Shown: positions 17,965 through 28,393, counted from the first letter of the stretch. The stretch: DNA of 64,000 nucleotides from an uncultured Bacteroidales bacterium (GCA_949300615.1 CASGEW010000006.1:2470-66469); one strand, 5' to 3'. Notes: generated from the letters alone by a model not told the origin. Translations and numbers: made by a program.

Positions 17965-19580
17965 TGATGTCATATAAATTACTCAGTTTAGTAAGTCTAT
18001 TTTTGACTTTGTCCGTACAAGGACAAAATATCATGCCAAACAGGTCTGTGGCTGTAATATCCTCCTATATAAAGGAATTTAATGCGGCGGATGTAGAATT
18101 GTATGCGCAAGATATTTCAAATGCAGAAACGTTCGACTTTTTAAATGAAAATATTCCTTTTTTTGAATGTCCGGACAAAGAGTTGGAAAAGAGTTATTAT
18201 TTTCGTTGGTGGACCTACCGGAAACACATAAAACACACCCCGGAAGGGTTTGTAATTACAGAATTCTTACCGGATGTTCCATGGGCCGGAAAATACAATA
18301 CGATAAGCTGCGCAGCCGTACATCATTTCTATGAAGGGCGATGGCTGAAAGATAAACACATCCTATCAGATTATGCCAAGTTTTGGCTCTTAGGCGGAGG
18401 CGATCCCAGATTATATAGCTGCGGAATAGCAGATGCCATATACAACTATTACTTGGTACATAGAGATACGGCATTACTGAAAGATTTATATCCTCCTCTA
18501 CAAGAGAATTTCGTTAACTGGGAGACAGAAAAGAGAGATTCCTCCTATCTATTTTGGCAAACAGATGATAGAGACGGAATGGAGATGTCTGTTTCGGGCA
18601 GCCTGTCCGAAGGAGGGAAAGGTTATCGCCCCACGATTAATAGCTATATGTATGGAGAGGCCATGGCGCTGTCCCGCATCGCCACCATATTAAACCAAGC
18701 AGTAGAAGCAGAATATTACTACAAGAAAGCCGATGAATTAAAACGGTTGATTAATGAAAAGCTGTGGGATAAAGAGAGCTGTTTTTATAAAGTGATCCCC
18801 AAAAAAGAGGGAGAAAAGTGCGGATTCTCTCCTTCGCGAGAGTTGTTGGGTTATATCCCTTGGCTCTACGATATACCGAACAAAGAATATGAAACTGCCT
18901 GGAAACTCCTCTTCGATACAAAAGCATTTGCCGCCGCATACGGACCTACGACCGTAGAACAAAGCTCCCCGGGGTTTAAAATTTCATACGAAAGGCATGA
19001 GTGTCAATGGAATGGTCCCAGCTGGCCCTATTTGACATCGATGGTACTGACCGCTCTCGCAAACTATATGAATCAAAACGACCGCGGAATCATATCTTCC
19101 AACGATTACCTAAATCTATTGAATATTTATAGCAATAGCCAACGTATCGTTACTGAACAAGGGGACACGGTTTGCTGGATTGATGAAAACTTAAATCCTT
19201 ATACCGGGGATTGGATATCCCGTACCCGCCTAAAACAATGGAACAACGGGACATGGGATGAAGGGAAAGGCGGTGTCGAACGAGGAAAGGATTATAACCA
19301 TTCGTCGTTTTGCAACCTCATCATATCCGGACTAATGGGCATACGACCACAATACGATGGCAGTATTCTCGTTAACCCCCTCGTACCTGACGGAGATTGG
19401 GACTATTTTTGTCTGGATAATGTGTCTTGTTGTAACAAATCAATAACCGTATTATTTGACAAGGATGGAACAAAATATGGAAAAGGAGCCGGGTTTATGA
19501 TTTATGTCAACGGTAAGTGTACCTTTAAACACCCGTCCATTCAAAAGGTTATTATCGAAAACAAATCGAGTGGCCGATAA
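17964..19580 (+). CDS. (alpha/alpha)6-barrel glycoside hydrolase (GH63/GH37 MGH1-like)
   Basis: The protein has a signal peptide. The motifs WQTDDRDGMEMS and ECQWNGPSWPY resemble MGH1/GH63-like six-hairpin enzymes. Its start overlaps the upstream stop (TAATG). Confidence 0.45.
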   Translation: MMSYKLLSLVSLFLTLSVQGQNIMPNRSVAVISSYIKEFNAADVELYAQDISNAETFDFLNENIPFFECPDKELEKSYYFRWWTYRKHIKHTPEGFVITEFLPDVPWAGKYNTISCAAVHHFYEGRWLKDKHILSDYAKFWLLGGGDPRLYSCGIADAIYNYYLVHRDTALLKDLYPPLQENFVNWETEKRDSSYLFWQTDDRDGMEMSVSGSLSEGGKGYRPTINSYMYGEAMALSRIATILNQAVEAEYYYKKADELKRLINEKLWDKESCFYKVIPKKEGEKCGFSPSRELLGYIPWLYDIPNKEYETAWKLLFDTKAFAAAYGPTTVEQSSPGFKISYERHECQWNGPSWPYLTSMVLTALANYMNQNDRGIISSNDYLNLLNIYSNSQRIVTEQGDTVCWIDENLNPYTGDWISRTRLKQWNNGTWDEGKGGVERGKDYNHSSFCNLIISGLMGIRPQYDGSILVNPLVPDGDWDYFCLDNVSCCNKSITVLFDKDGTKYGKGAGFMIYVNGKCTFKHPSIQKVIIENKSSGR

Positions 19581-19768
19581 CAGGATATTTGCCATTTTCG
19601 ATTACAGACATTCCATCCGCTGTAAAAAAGATAAAAATACCCTTGAAATATACCGGGATCGTATCTCGGTCCGGCCAATATCCCAAACCGGAATATTCCC
19701 AAACGGAAAGCGCCGGAAAAACATTTAAAAGAAAAAACATTATAAAGAAAGAATAAACCAATAATAAA

Positions 19769-22700
19769 ATGAACCGATTAACCACTCTATGTATTCTTGC
19801 ATTTATCGTATTTACCACTCATGCGAAACCTCTTCCCTCGCCAGAAGAACCGCCATTATCAACCGTGTATCGCTTAAACAAAAACATGGGAACAGAAATC
19901 GTGGTTGACAGTACCGAACTACTGAACAGCACCGTAGAATTCGATTTGCTCCCCCAAAACTCAGATGCCGAAATAGGGGTATTGATGCGTTACGTTGATA
20001 AAGACAACTGGATATACATCGGATGCGACAAAGCATCCGATAATTTGGGATTCGCCTATTGGTATGCCGAAACGCCCAACGGGAAAACCGAAATTGCACG
20101 CGACATCTCCAAACTATATGCTCATCACCGGCGACACATTAAGGTTAATTGCATCGAACAAGAGATCACCGTCTATGTGGACGGAGAACAAATCGCACAC
20201 AGCTATGTCCCACACCTGGCATTGCAACCCGGAAAAACCGGATTCCGGATAAAGGAAAAAGGAGATGTCGAAATAAGCAACGTCGTTTGCAAAGCCGTGC
20301 AAGTACCGAAAATATCACCAGCCAATAAAAAAAGCAGCTACACACTCTCCTCCGCCCGTATGGAGGTACGGATGAACAAAGATTTCCCATCGATCAAAAG
20401 CTATACGTGGAAAGAGAACGGCTCCACTTTGAACGGCCAGCCTTTTGACGTAAAACACATCTTATTGAACGGAGATTATTATTTCCCCAAAGTATCGTCC
20501 CGTCAAGAACAAGGGAAAGTCATCTACACGCTAAAAGTAAAAGAGACAGGTGTTACCATAACGGTCGCTTGCGAAGTAGATGACAACATCCTGAAACTTG
20601 CCGTAACCGGCATAGATGAATCGGGAGATTTTAAAGTAAAAACGATCGCTTTCCCCGACCATTTTTTAGTTTCCGTCCCCAATGACAACGAAAATGCTAC
20701 GTTGGCCGTAGCCAATTCCGTCCACTCCGACAGCATCTATCCATTACAGGAAAAGGCCCCCGATCCCGTCAGCAGATACGCTACCCTGCTAATGCTAAAT
20801 AACCAACAACTGGTAGCAACGCTTGAAAGCAACTCACTGTATAATATCCGCCAGTTTCTATTCCGCTGCGTACCATTTTCCGGGAAACAAATAACCGGTA
20901 TTTGGGGAAATGAATGGATTTATAGAGGACATGACGGACAAATAACAGAACTCCCTTACATCCAAGTAATCCTGACAGACGATTGCAACGGAGACAACCA
21001 AATAGATTGGCAAGATGGCGCCATCGCCTTGCAAAAAGTCTATCCGGAACCTTACGGTGCCGAAATGCTACGCAATTCGTACACCACCATCACCATGAAC
21101 TTTGCCAGTTGCGCCCAGTATCCGTTCCTGCGCCAGTTGGACAATATCAAAAAATTCTACCTGGCAACTGACGGTTTCGGACAAATGTTGGAACTAAAAG
21201 GATACCAGAGCGAGGGACACGACAGCGCCCATCCAGATTATGGAGGCAACTACAACAGACGGGCCGGAGGATTGCAAGAGCTCAACCTCTTAGCCCAAGA
21301 AGCCCCCAAGTACCATGCTCATATCGGTGTCCACATCAACCACAGCGAATCGTATCCCGAAGCACGAGCCTTCAACGACCAAATCATAACCGACATTCCC
21401 GGATGGAGTTGGTTAGACCAGGCCTATTTTATCAATAAAGAGGCTGACGTCCTGAGCGGTTCTTTTCAAGCCCGACTGGACCAATTAAAGACAGAAGTTC
21501 CTCATCTCGCGTTCGTCTATTTAGATACCTATCGAGAATATCGCTGGTTAGCCTATCATACGGCTAAACTGTTCAACCAAAACGGATGGTCCATCTGGAC
21601 AGAAGATACTGACGTTTTTGACCGCGAAGCCATCTGGATACATCATAACCCGGATGCCAAAAGTTTAATACATCGTTTCGTACATCACCGGTTCAGAGAC
21701 GGATACGCCGCTCATCCCGCCTTGTTGGGAGGATATAGCCGAAGTACAGAAATAGGATTCATGGGATGGCAAAAAGGACGCGATTTCTATGGAGTGATCC
21801 GCAATTTCTTTATGAAACAGTTACCCTACCGCTACCTGATGCACTATTCCATTAAACAGTTAAATGCCACCCGTGCCACATTGGAAGATGGCTTGGAGGC
21901 GTACGGAGATACGGAGGGAACCATAATCCGACGGGGAGATCAATTTCTGATGAAAGGAAATGCCGTTTTTATTCCCTGGGACCCTCAAAAAGAAGATAAA
22001 ATATACTGTTATAACACCCAACAAGAAACAAATACCTGGCTATTACCGGCCTCTTGGAATGGGATAAAAGAAGTATATCTTTACCGTTTGGGCAGTCAAG
22101 GCAGAGAACTTGTCAAGACATTGGTTCCCAACGAAGGGAAAATAGAGTTGGACCTCCGTCCAAACACCGGATACGTTCTTTACAAAAACGCTGTCGGCAA
22201 CTCGCCTAAGATAGAATGGAGTACAGGTAGTCTGATAAAAGACACCGGTTTCGACAGCCAATCGTTCAATCATTGGAAACCGCAAGGCAAAGAGGGAAAT
22301 ATCTCCATAAAAACCACCGATTACGGACAAGACATCTTGTCGATAAGCGGATTATCCGAAGGGAGCGTCTCCCAAGAGATTGAAGGGTTCGTTCCCGGAA
22401 AAGAATATACTGCATCCGTTTGGGTCAACGTAACAGGCAAAAAAGAAGCAACTCTCAGCATACAGGCCGGCGACAAATTACAACAGAAAACCTCCATCAC
22501 AGAAAGCAAGGTGATGAACTATACAGACAACACAGATCGGTTCAGAACTACCTGGCAACGCATGAAGATTGCATTCCGGATGCCAGAAGGAGAAAATCGG
22601 CTCCTACTCTCATTGGCAGCAGGAGTTTCCTCGAACGACTCCTCTTCTGTTGCTTTCGACGATGTACGCCTTGTCGAATGTCCACAATCCGAGAAACCAG

Positions 22701-23143
22701 GATTTATCCTTTTTGAAGATTTTGAACACGTCGATGAAGGTTGGGGCCCATTCATAGCATCCCAGCCCAGTGCATTTACCACACACTTATCACAACGGCA
22801 TAGCGTATATACAGACAATACGATAGACGGAGACTGGTCGTTAACTACTTGGAGAGAAAACAACGGAGAGGTATATCGGACCTCTCCCGCAATGGTTCAA
22901 TTCGCACCGGAACAAAAATATGAAGTGGTTTTCGACTACAAAGTGGACGCTAACGGAGTATATAAAATTGTTGGGAAAAGACATTCCTCCGGAGAAGAGA
23001 CATTCTCATACGAACTAAATCGTCCGGGGAAATGCCACGTTTGTTTCACAACGCCCAACTGCGAAGATTTTTATCTTGCCATAGAAAAAAACGGTAACGG
23101 AATGTTGGTTATCGATAATTTCGGAATAAAAAAAATAGAATAA
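19769..23143 (+). CDS. glycoside hydrolase family 101 (endo-alpha-N-acetylgalactosaminidase-like) with lectin-like N-domain and two C-terminal CBM-like domains
   Basis: LELKGYQSEGHDSAHPDYGG...RAGG...YHAHIGVHINHSESYPEA closely parallels the GH101 core I recall from SpGH101/EngBF (KGY.SEGHDSGH..Y, G.H.N..E.YPE). VYLDTY and SIWTED correspond to the nucleophile and acid/base regions. Confidence 0.8.
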   Translation: MNRLTTLCILAFIVFTTHAKPLPSPEEPPLSTVYRLNKNMGTEIVVDSTELLNSTVEFDLLPQNSDAEIGVLMRYVDKDNWIYIGCDKASDNLGFAYWYAETPNGKTEIARDISKLYAHHRRHIKVNCIEQEITVYVDGEQIAHSYVPHLALQPGKTGFRIKEKGDVEISNVVCKAVQVPKISPANKKSSYTLSSARMEVRMNKDFPSIKSYTWKENGSTLNGQPFDVKHILLNGDYYFPKVSSRQEQGKVIYTLKVKETGVTITVACEVDDNILKLAVTGIDESGDFKVKTIAFPDHFLVSVPNDNENATLAVANSVHSDSIYPLQEKAPDPVSRYATLLMLNNQQLVATLESNSLYNIRQFLFRCVPFSGKQITGIWGNEWIYRGHDGQITELPYIQVILTDDCNGDNQIDWQDGAIALQKVYPEPYGAEMLRNSYTTITMNFASCAQYPFLRQLDNIKKFYLATDGFGQMLELKGYQSEGHDSAHPDYGGNYNRRAGGLQELNLLAQEAPKYHAHIGVHINHSESYPEARAFNDQIITDIPGWSWLDQAYFINKEADVLSGSFQARLDQLKTEVPHLAFVYLDTYREYRWLAYHTAKLFNQNGWSIWTEDTDVFDREAIWIHHNPDAKSLIHRFVHHRFRDGYAAHPALLGGYSRSTEIGFMGWQKGRDFYGVIRNFFMKQLPYRYLMHYSIKQLNATRATLEDGLEAYGDTEGTIIRRGDQFLMKGNAVFIPWDPQKEDKIYCYNTQQETNTWLLPASWNGIKEVYLYRLGSQGRELVKTLVPNEGKIELDLRPNTGYVLYKNAVGNSPKIEWSTGSLIKDTGFDSQSFNHWKPQGKEGNISIKTTDYGQDILSISGLSEGSVSQEIEGFVPGKEYTASVWVNVTGKKEATLSIQAGDKLQQKTSITESKVMNYTDNTDRFRTTWQRMKIAFRMPEGENRLLLSLAAGVSSNDSSSVAFDDVRLVECPQSEKPGFILFEDFEHVDEGWGPFIASQPSAFTTHLSQRHSVYTDNTIDGDWSLTTWRENNGEVYRTSPAMVQFAPEQKYEVVFDYKVDANGVYKIVGKRHSSGEETFSYELNRPGKCHVCFTTPNCEDFYLAIEKNGNGMLVIDNFGIKKIE

Positions 23144-23218
23144 GGCTACACGATATAACCGAAAATCGTTATCGCCAAAGAAAAAACACTGAAAAACCAA
23201 TAGAACAAATACAAACAA

Positions 23219-24899
23219 ATGAAATTAAAATCTTTTATAGGAATAACACTGTGCTGTGCATGGATTCTCGGCGGCAATAAAACCTATTCTTTTCCTTCGC
23301 CAACAGATCACAATACACCGCATAAAGCCTCTTTATCTGAAACAGCGAGTACAAAAAAAGATGATCTGTCCTGGGAAGAGTTACAGAAGCTGTATAAATT
23401 CCCCGAATGGTACACAAAAGCCCGCTTCGGCATTTGGGTAACGGTTGGCCCGCAATCAGTACCACGTTTAGGAGGAGGGTGGTATGCCCGCCATATGTTC
23501 ATGCAGGATGTCGGATCACAACAATTTGGCAGAAATGCCTATGCGTATCATTTAAAAACATTCGGGCCCCAATCCCAGAAAGGATATATCGAAGTAATCC
23601 ACCAATGGAAAGCAGAACGGCTGGACACCGACAAATTGACAAAATATTTCAAATCTCTCGGAGCGAAGTATCTCGTCGTCCACGCCAACCACCACGATCA
23701 TTTCGATAACTTCGCCTCCACATACCATCCTTGGAACTCTGTCAATATGGGCCCCCACAAAGACATTGTAGGGCTTTTCGAACAATCGGCACGGAAATAC
23801 AAATTACCTTTTGGAGTCAGTTCTCACGACGACCGCTTCCTCAGTTGGTGGCTTCCCGCTTTTGGTTCAGATACATCGGGGGTGTATAAAGGCGTTCCAT
23901 ATGAAGGACGTTTGACAAAAGCTGACGGGAAAGGCAAATGGTGGGAAGGTTACGACCCAGCACAACTATATGGACTTCCTCCGGAACAAAGGACTCCTGA
24001 GTATGAAACGAAAGTAAAACAAAACTACCTGCTCAGACAGCAAGAACTGATAACCAAATACAACGTTGACCTTTTGTGGGTGGATGGATACGGTTTCCCT
24101 TATGGGGATTACGGGAAAGAACTTTTCCGTACCTTGTTTAACAACAGCCTGAAACGATCTGGGAAAATCGACGCCGTTGGGATTGCCAAAGTCGATAAAG
24201 AACCTATGTTGGTAAGAGATATAGAAGCCGGTGTTGCCGATACAATACTTCCTTATCCCTGGGATGGAATCTTCACGTTTACCCATTGGTTCTACAAAGA
24301 GGACGATCCTCTGACACACAACGCACGCACCATCATAGAACTGTTGAGCGACATTGTCAGCAAAAATGGGAATATGCTTCTAAATGTAGAATTGATGGCC
24401 GATGGTACAATCGCGCCTTCCCATAAACAAATCCTGGACGAAATCGGACAATGGGTCAACATCAACAGCAAAGCGATATACGGCAGTAAACCTTGGAAAG
24501 TATATGGAGATAATTTAAACTCCTGTCAACGGGAGATCGAAAGAAACATCATAAATGCCGATGCCGAACAAGTACAAAAAAAAGGCACAAAAAGAGAATT
24601 TCAATGCCCGTACGGTAAACAGTACCCCTTATGGACATAACGAAGTACGTTTTACTGTATGCGGCAAAAATCTATATATCATCGTTCTGAACCCAACGGC
24701 AGGCACAATCGAACTGCCGGCATTAGGACTTTCCTCTCCTGAACAACCCGGAAAAATCCGTTCAATACGTCTATTAGGCAGTAAAAAACATATAGATTTT
24801 GAACAAGACAAAAATAAGTTACGATTAATCGTACCAGACAAAAGGCCTACCCCCTATGCAGCAGTATTCGAAGTACATGGTGCAATCAATATAAAATAG
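23219..24899 (+). pseudogene. GH29 alpha-L-fucosidase, split by a +1 frameshift at an A8 run (ORFs 23219..24640 and 24555..24899)
   Basis: The catalytic domain is in frame 1 (ARFGIWVTVGPQSVP, HANHHDHFDNF). The C-terminal beta-sandwich is in the other frame (EVRFTVCGKNLYIIVLNP). The frames meet at A8 (24576-24583). Confidence 0.8.
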
Positions 24900-24991
24900 G
24901 GGAAAAGAAAAAAATTTGCCACGGGACAATAGAAAAGGGATGATCCATCCAGCAACAAGATGTTTCTTACAATTATAAATGATTTTATTTT

Positions 24992-24999
24992 TACCTTTG
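24992..24999 (+). promoter_or_regulatory. candidate -7 promoter box TACCTTTG
   Basis: This is an exact TAnnTTTG match 63 nt upstream of the GH2 ATG. Confidence 0.4.
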
Positions 25000-25061
25000 A
25001 AACGACAAAACACATTTACTGATTACACCAACAACCAATTAATAACAACAGATTCTTACAC

Positions 25062-27506
25062 ATGAAAAAACTGATTTTTACCGTCATGCTATTGCTACCA
25101 TCTCTTTGGCTGCAAGCTCAATCGCATCGGGAAAAAATATTATTAAACCAGGACTGGCTCTTTGCCAAAGGGCATGCAGCCAACCCGGAAAAAGATTTCA
25201 ATTATGGGCAAGCCCTATCGTTTTCAAAAGTCGCTTTCCTTCAAGAATCCACTTTGTTAAATGCCGACCAAGAGTCCCGGCTATCGATTCCCCACACCCA
25301 AAAGTTCGACGACAGCAAATGGGAGAATATCTCTTTGCCTCACGATTGGGGGATGGCCCTGGATTACAGCCAGGAACAGTTCAAAGTAAAAGGATACCGG
25401 AAATTGGGAGGCCGTTCGCCCGAGAACAGTGTCGGTTGGTATCGGAAACGGTTTACCCCCGAATTGGTGAAAGGAGACCGTTATACCTTGGAATTTGAAG
25501 GTATATTCCGGGATGCCCAGGTATGGATGAACGGTATCTATTTAGGACGCGGCGAAAGCGGTTACGTCCCCCTGGTTTTCGATGTAACAGAATGTCTGAA
25601 TTATGGTCCGGGAGCAGAAAATGTAATATCCGTGCGGGTAGATGCCACCCAATCAGAATTATGGTCATACGAAGGAGCCGGTATCTATCGGAATGTTTGG
25701 TTGACCCGTACGGCACCTGTGCACATCCCCCAATGGGGTACATTTGTTACCAGCGATGTGGACCTGCAAAAAAAAGAAGCCAAAATAAACGCTTTAATAG
25801 AGGTTACCAACCAGAGTGAAAAAGAAGCAAATGTAACGGTAAAAAATACCATCATTGACAACCAAGGCAACGAAATCGCCCATGCCGATGCCAATGTATC
25901 CGTTGAATCACTGGAAACAGAAGAGGTACAAACCATCATGGATGTATCGAATGTCCAACTGTGGTCATTGAAAACACCGGTCCTTTATACATTACACACA
26001 GAGATTATTGCAGACGGAAAGATCACCGATAGCTATGATACCTCCTTCGGGATACGGAGTATTCGTTTCGATGCCAACGAAGGATTCTTTTTAAATGGAG
26101 AACGTGTCCAGATTCAAGGAGTATGTTGCCACCAGGATCATGCAGGGGTAGGTATCGCCGTGCCAGACCGGCTGAATTCATGGAGAATAGCCCGGTTAAA
26201 AGAATATGGAGTAAATGCCTACCGGGCAGCGCACAATCCTCCGACTCCCGCCATACTCAACGCGTGTGATACTTTGGGAATGTTGGTTATGGACGAAATG
26301 CGGATGTTGAGTTCCAGCGATGAAGGGTTGAAACAGATGCAAACCATCATCAGACGGGACCGCAACCACCCATCCATCATCATTTGGTGCTTCGGTAACG
26401 AAGAACCCGCCATACAAGGTTCGGAAAAAGGACGCATGATTGTAGAACGCATGAAAGCCGTTCAACGTAAATTAGACCCCTCCCGTCCATGTACCGCAGC
26501 CATGAATGGCAGCTGGGGAGAAGGATTCACCTACGCCGTGGACGTACAAGGATCGAATTATTACAAAATAGGCAATATCGATGCCGTACATGAGAAATTC
26601 CCCAACCTGCCCTGCATATTTACCGAAGAGGCCAGTACTGTTATGACACGAGGTATCTACGAAACAAATGCCGCAAAAGGATTTCACCAGGCCTACGACC
26701 GCGATCATCCCGGATGGGGTGCCCGTGCACAAGAGTGGATGCGTTACGTCGATGCACGTAAATACGTAGCCGGTGCTTTTGTTTGGACAGGTTTTGATTA
26801 TGGAGGCGAATCGGTGGCTCACTACTGGCCGGGGGTTGTCTCCCATTTCGGAATCCTGGATTACTGCGGTTTTCCCAAAGATGCTTTTTGGTACTACAAA
26901 TCTTGGTGGACAGAAGAACCGGTATTACACATCCTCCCTCATTGGAATGGTATTGGTACCGATTCGGTCGATGTACATCTCTATACCAATATGGACGAAG
27001 TGGAATTATTCCTCAACGGGAAAAGCCTGGGAAAAAAATCTGTTGAAAAATTCGATATTCCCGCCTGGCGGGTCAAATATACCCCGGGGAAACTAACAGC
27101 CAAAGGGAAAAAGAATGGGGAAAAATATACCGAACAGATAGAAACCACCGGAGTACCCACCTCGTTGCAACTGGTTAGCGAAAACGGAACCACTATATCA
27201 GGAGACGGGAACGATGTCGCCATCATTACGGTAAAAGTATTGGACGAGAAAGGGCGTGTTGTTCCAACAGCTGAAAACAATATTCATTTCGACATCCGTA
27301 ACGGCAAGATTCTGGGTGTAGGCAACGGACATCCGTCCAGCCACGAACAGGATGTTTTCCCCGCAGGAAGCGATGTCCACCGGAATGCGTTCGGAGGATA
27401 TGCACAAGTAATCATTTCCAGCGACCGCTCTGGAAAACCCATTGAATTGACGGCTTCCTCAGGAGGTTTGAAAGAGAGCAAAATAATCATTGAAACCTCA
27501 AAATAA
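25062..27506 (+). CDS. glycoside hydrolase family 2 (beta-galactosidase-type)
   Basis: The motifs NAYRAAHNPP and NHPSIIIWCFGNEE (acid/base Glu motif) are present. The protein has a signal peptide and is 814 aa. Confidence 0.9.
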   Translation: MKKLIFTVMLLLPSLWLQAQSHREKILLNQDWLFAKGHAANPEKDFNYGQALSFSKVAFLQESTLLNADQESRLSIPHTQKFDDSKWENISLPHDWGMALDYSQEQFKVKGYRKLGGRSPENSVGWYRKRFTPELVKGDRYTLEFEGIFRDAQVWMNGIYLGRGESGYVPLVFDVTECLNYGPGAENVISVRVDATQSELWSYEGAGIYRNVWLTRTAPVHIPQWGTFVTSDVDLQKKEAKINALIEVTNQSEKEANVTVKNTIIDNQGNEIAHADANVSVESLETEEVQTIMDVSNVQLWSLKTPVLYTLHTEIIADGKITDSYDTSFGIRSIRFDANEGFFLNGERVQIQGVCCHQDHAGVGIAVPDRLNSWRIARLKEYGVNAYRAAHNPPTPAILNACDTLGMLVMDEMRMLSSSDEGLKQMQTIIRRDRNHPSIIIWCFGNEEPAIQGSEKGRMIVERMKAVQRKLDPSRPCTAAMNGSWGEGFTYAVDVQGSNYYKIGNIDAVHEKFPNLPCIFTEEASTVMTRGIYETNAAKGFHQAYDRDHPGWGARAQEWMRYVDARKYVAGAFVWTGFDYGGESVAHYWPGVVSHFGILDYCGFPKDAFWYYKSWWTEEPVLHILPHWNGIGTDSVDVHLYTNMDEVELFLNGKSLGKKSVEKFDIPAWRVKYTPGKLTAKGKKNGEKYTEQIETTGVPTSLQLVSENGTTISGDGNDVAIITVKVLDEKGRVVPTAENNIHFDIRNGKILGVGNGHPSSHEQDVFPAGSDVHRNAFGGYAQVIISSDRSGKPIELTASSGGLKESKIIIETSK

Positions 27507-27731
27507 AGGAACAACCGATTTATATAAAACATATTTATAATCAAAGTCAGAATGCAATAGTAAAATTTAATATAATATTAAAATCAAAACGTTTATAAGT
27601 TAATTTATATAAATCACTAATATATTAGGAACAAACAACTTGAAAACTAAGAACACCAAAAAAGTTTTCAAAACGCCATATATGTTAATTTATTTACACA
27701 AATTTATTATCCGGGAAACATATTTTTTACT

Positions 27732-27747
27732 TACATTTGCAAATGTA
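27732..27747. promoter_or_regulatory. perfect 16-bp palindrome TACATTTGCAAATGTA containing a -7 box on each strand
   Basis: I read this directly from the sequence. The plus-strand TACATTTG (27732-27739) lies 29 nt upstream of the ATG at 27768. Confidence 0.5.
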
Positions 27748-27767
27748 TAACTAAAACATAAACCAAA

Positions 27768-28283
27768 ATGAAAAAAGTTATCTTATCATTTTTAGTTGTA
27801 TTTGTTGCGATAGCAGCCAATGCACAGAATTTGTATCTGGGAGGATCATTCGGTATTCTTCACGATGACAATGCAGATGTAACTCAGTTTAGTATTGCTC
27901 CTGAAATCGGGTACAATTTTAACGAGAGATGGGCTGTCGGAGGTGAAATTTCATATACTCATATGAAATACGATGGTGATATTAAGGGGAACTCTTTCTC
28001 AATCGCACCTTACGCTCGTTTTTCTTTCTATGAAAACGACTTGGTTCGTTTGTTTATCGACGGACAAGTAGGATTCTCAACTACCAAAGTTGACGGTACT
28101 GACAGCGAAAACGGATTTGAAGTTGGTTTCAAACCGGGTATTGCATTCCGTTTATGCGACCATTTCAGCGCAATAGCCAAATATGGATTCTTGGGATATC
28201 GTGATGAATATCGCGGAAGCAGCGTTTCTGGATTGGCTTTGAGCAGCGAAGATTTAAGTATCGGATTCCTTTATGAATTCTAA
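27768..28283 (+). CDS. small outer-membrane beta-barrel protein (OmpW/OMP_b-brl-like)
   Basis: The protein has a signal peptide (AIAANAQ). Alternating amphipathic beta-strands run through it, and it ends in an aromatic residue (YEF). Confidence 0.7.
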   Translation: MKKVILSFLVVFVAIAANAQNLYLGGSFGILHDDNADVTQFSIAPEIGYNFNERWAVGGEISYTHMKYDGDIKGNSFSIAPYARFSFYENDLVRLFIDGQVGFSTTKVDGTDSENGFEVGFKPGIAFRLCDHFSAIAKYGFLGYRDEYRGSSVSGLALSSEDLSIGFLYEF

Positions 28284-28300
28284 TCCAATAACTCAATCAT

Positions 28301-28330
28301 AAAAAAGCGGTTCTAAGAGCCGCTTTTTTT
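28301..28330 (+). terminator. rho-independent terminator
   Basis: The sequence is AAAAAAGCGGTTCTAAGAGCCGCTTTTTTT, with stem GCGGTTC/GAGCCGC (one G-U pair) followed by a T7 run. Confidence 0.75.
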
Positions 28331-28385
28331 ATTGTCTATATGTCAATATTTTCTCGTTAATCTTCCATTCTTACTTTTTATTACC

Positions 28386-28393
28386 TATTTTTG
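28386..28393 (+). promoter_or_regulatory. candidate -7 promoter box TATTTTTG
   Basis: This is an exact TAnnTTTG match 38 nt upstream of the ATG at 28431. Confidence 0.4.
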
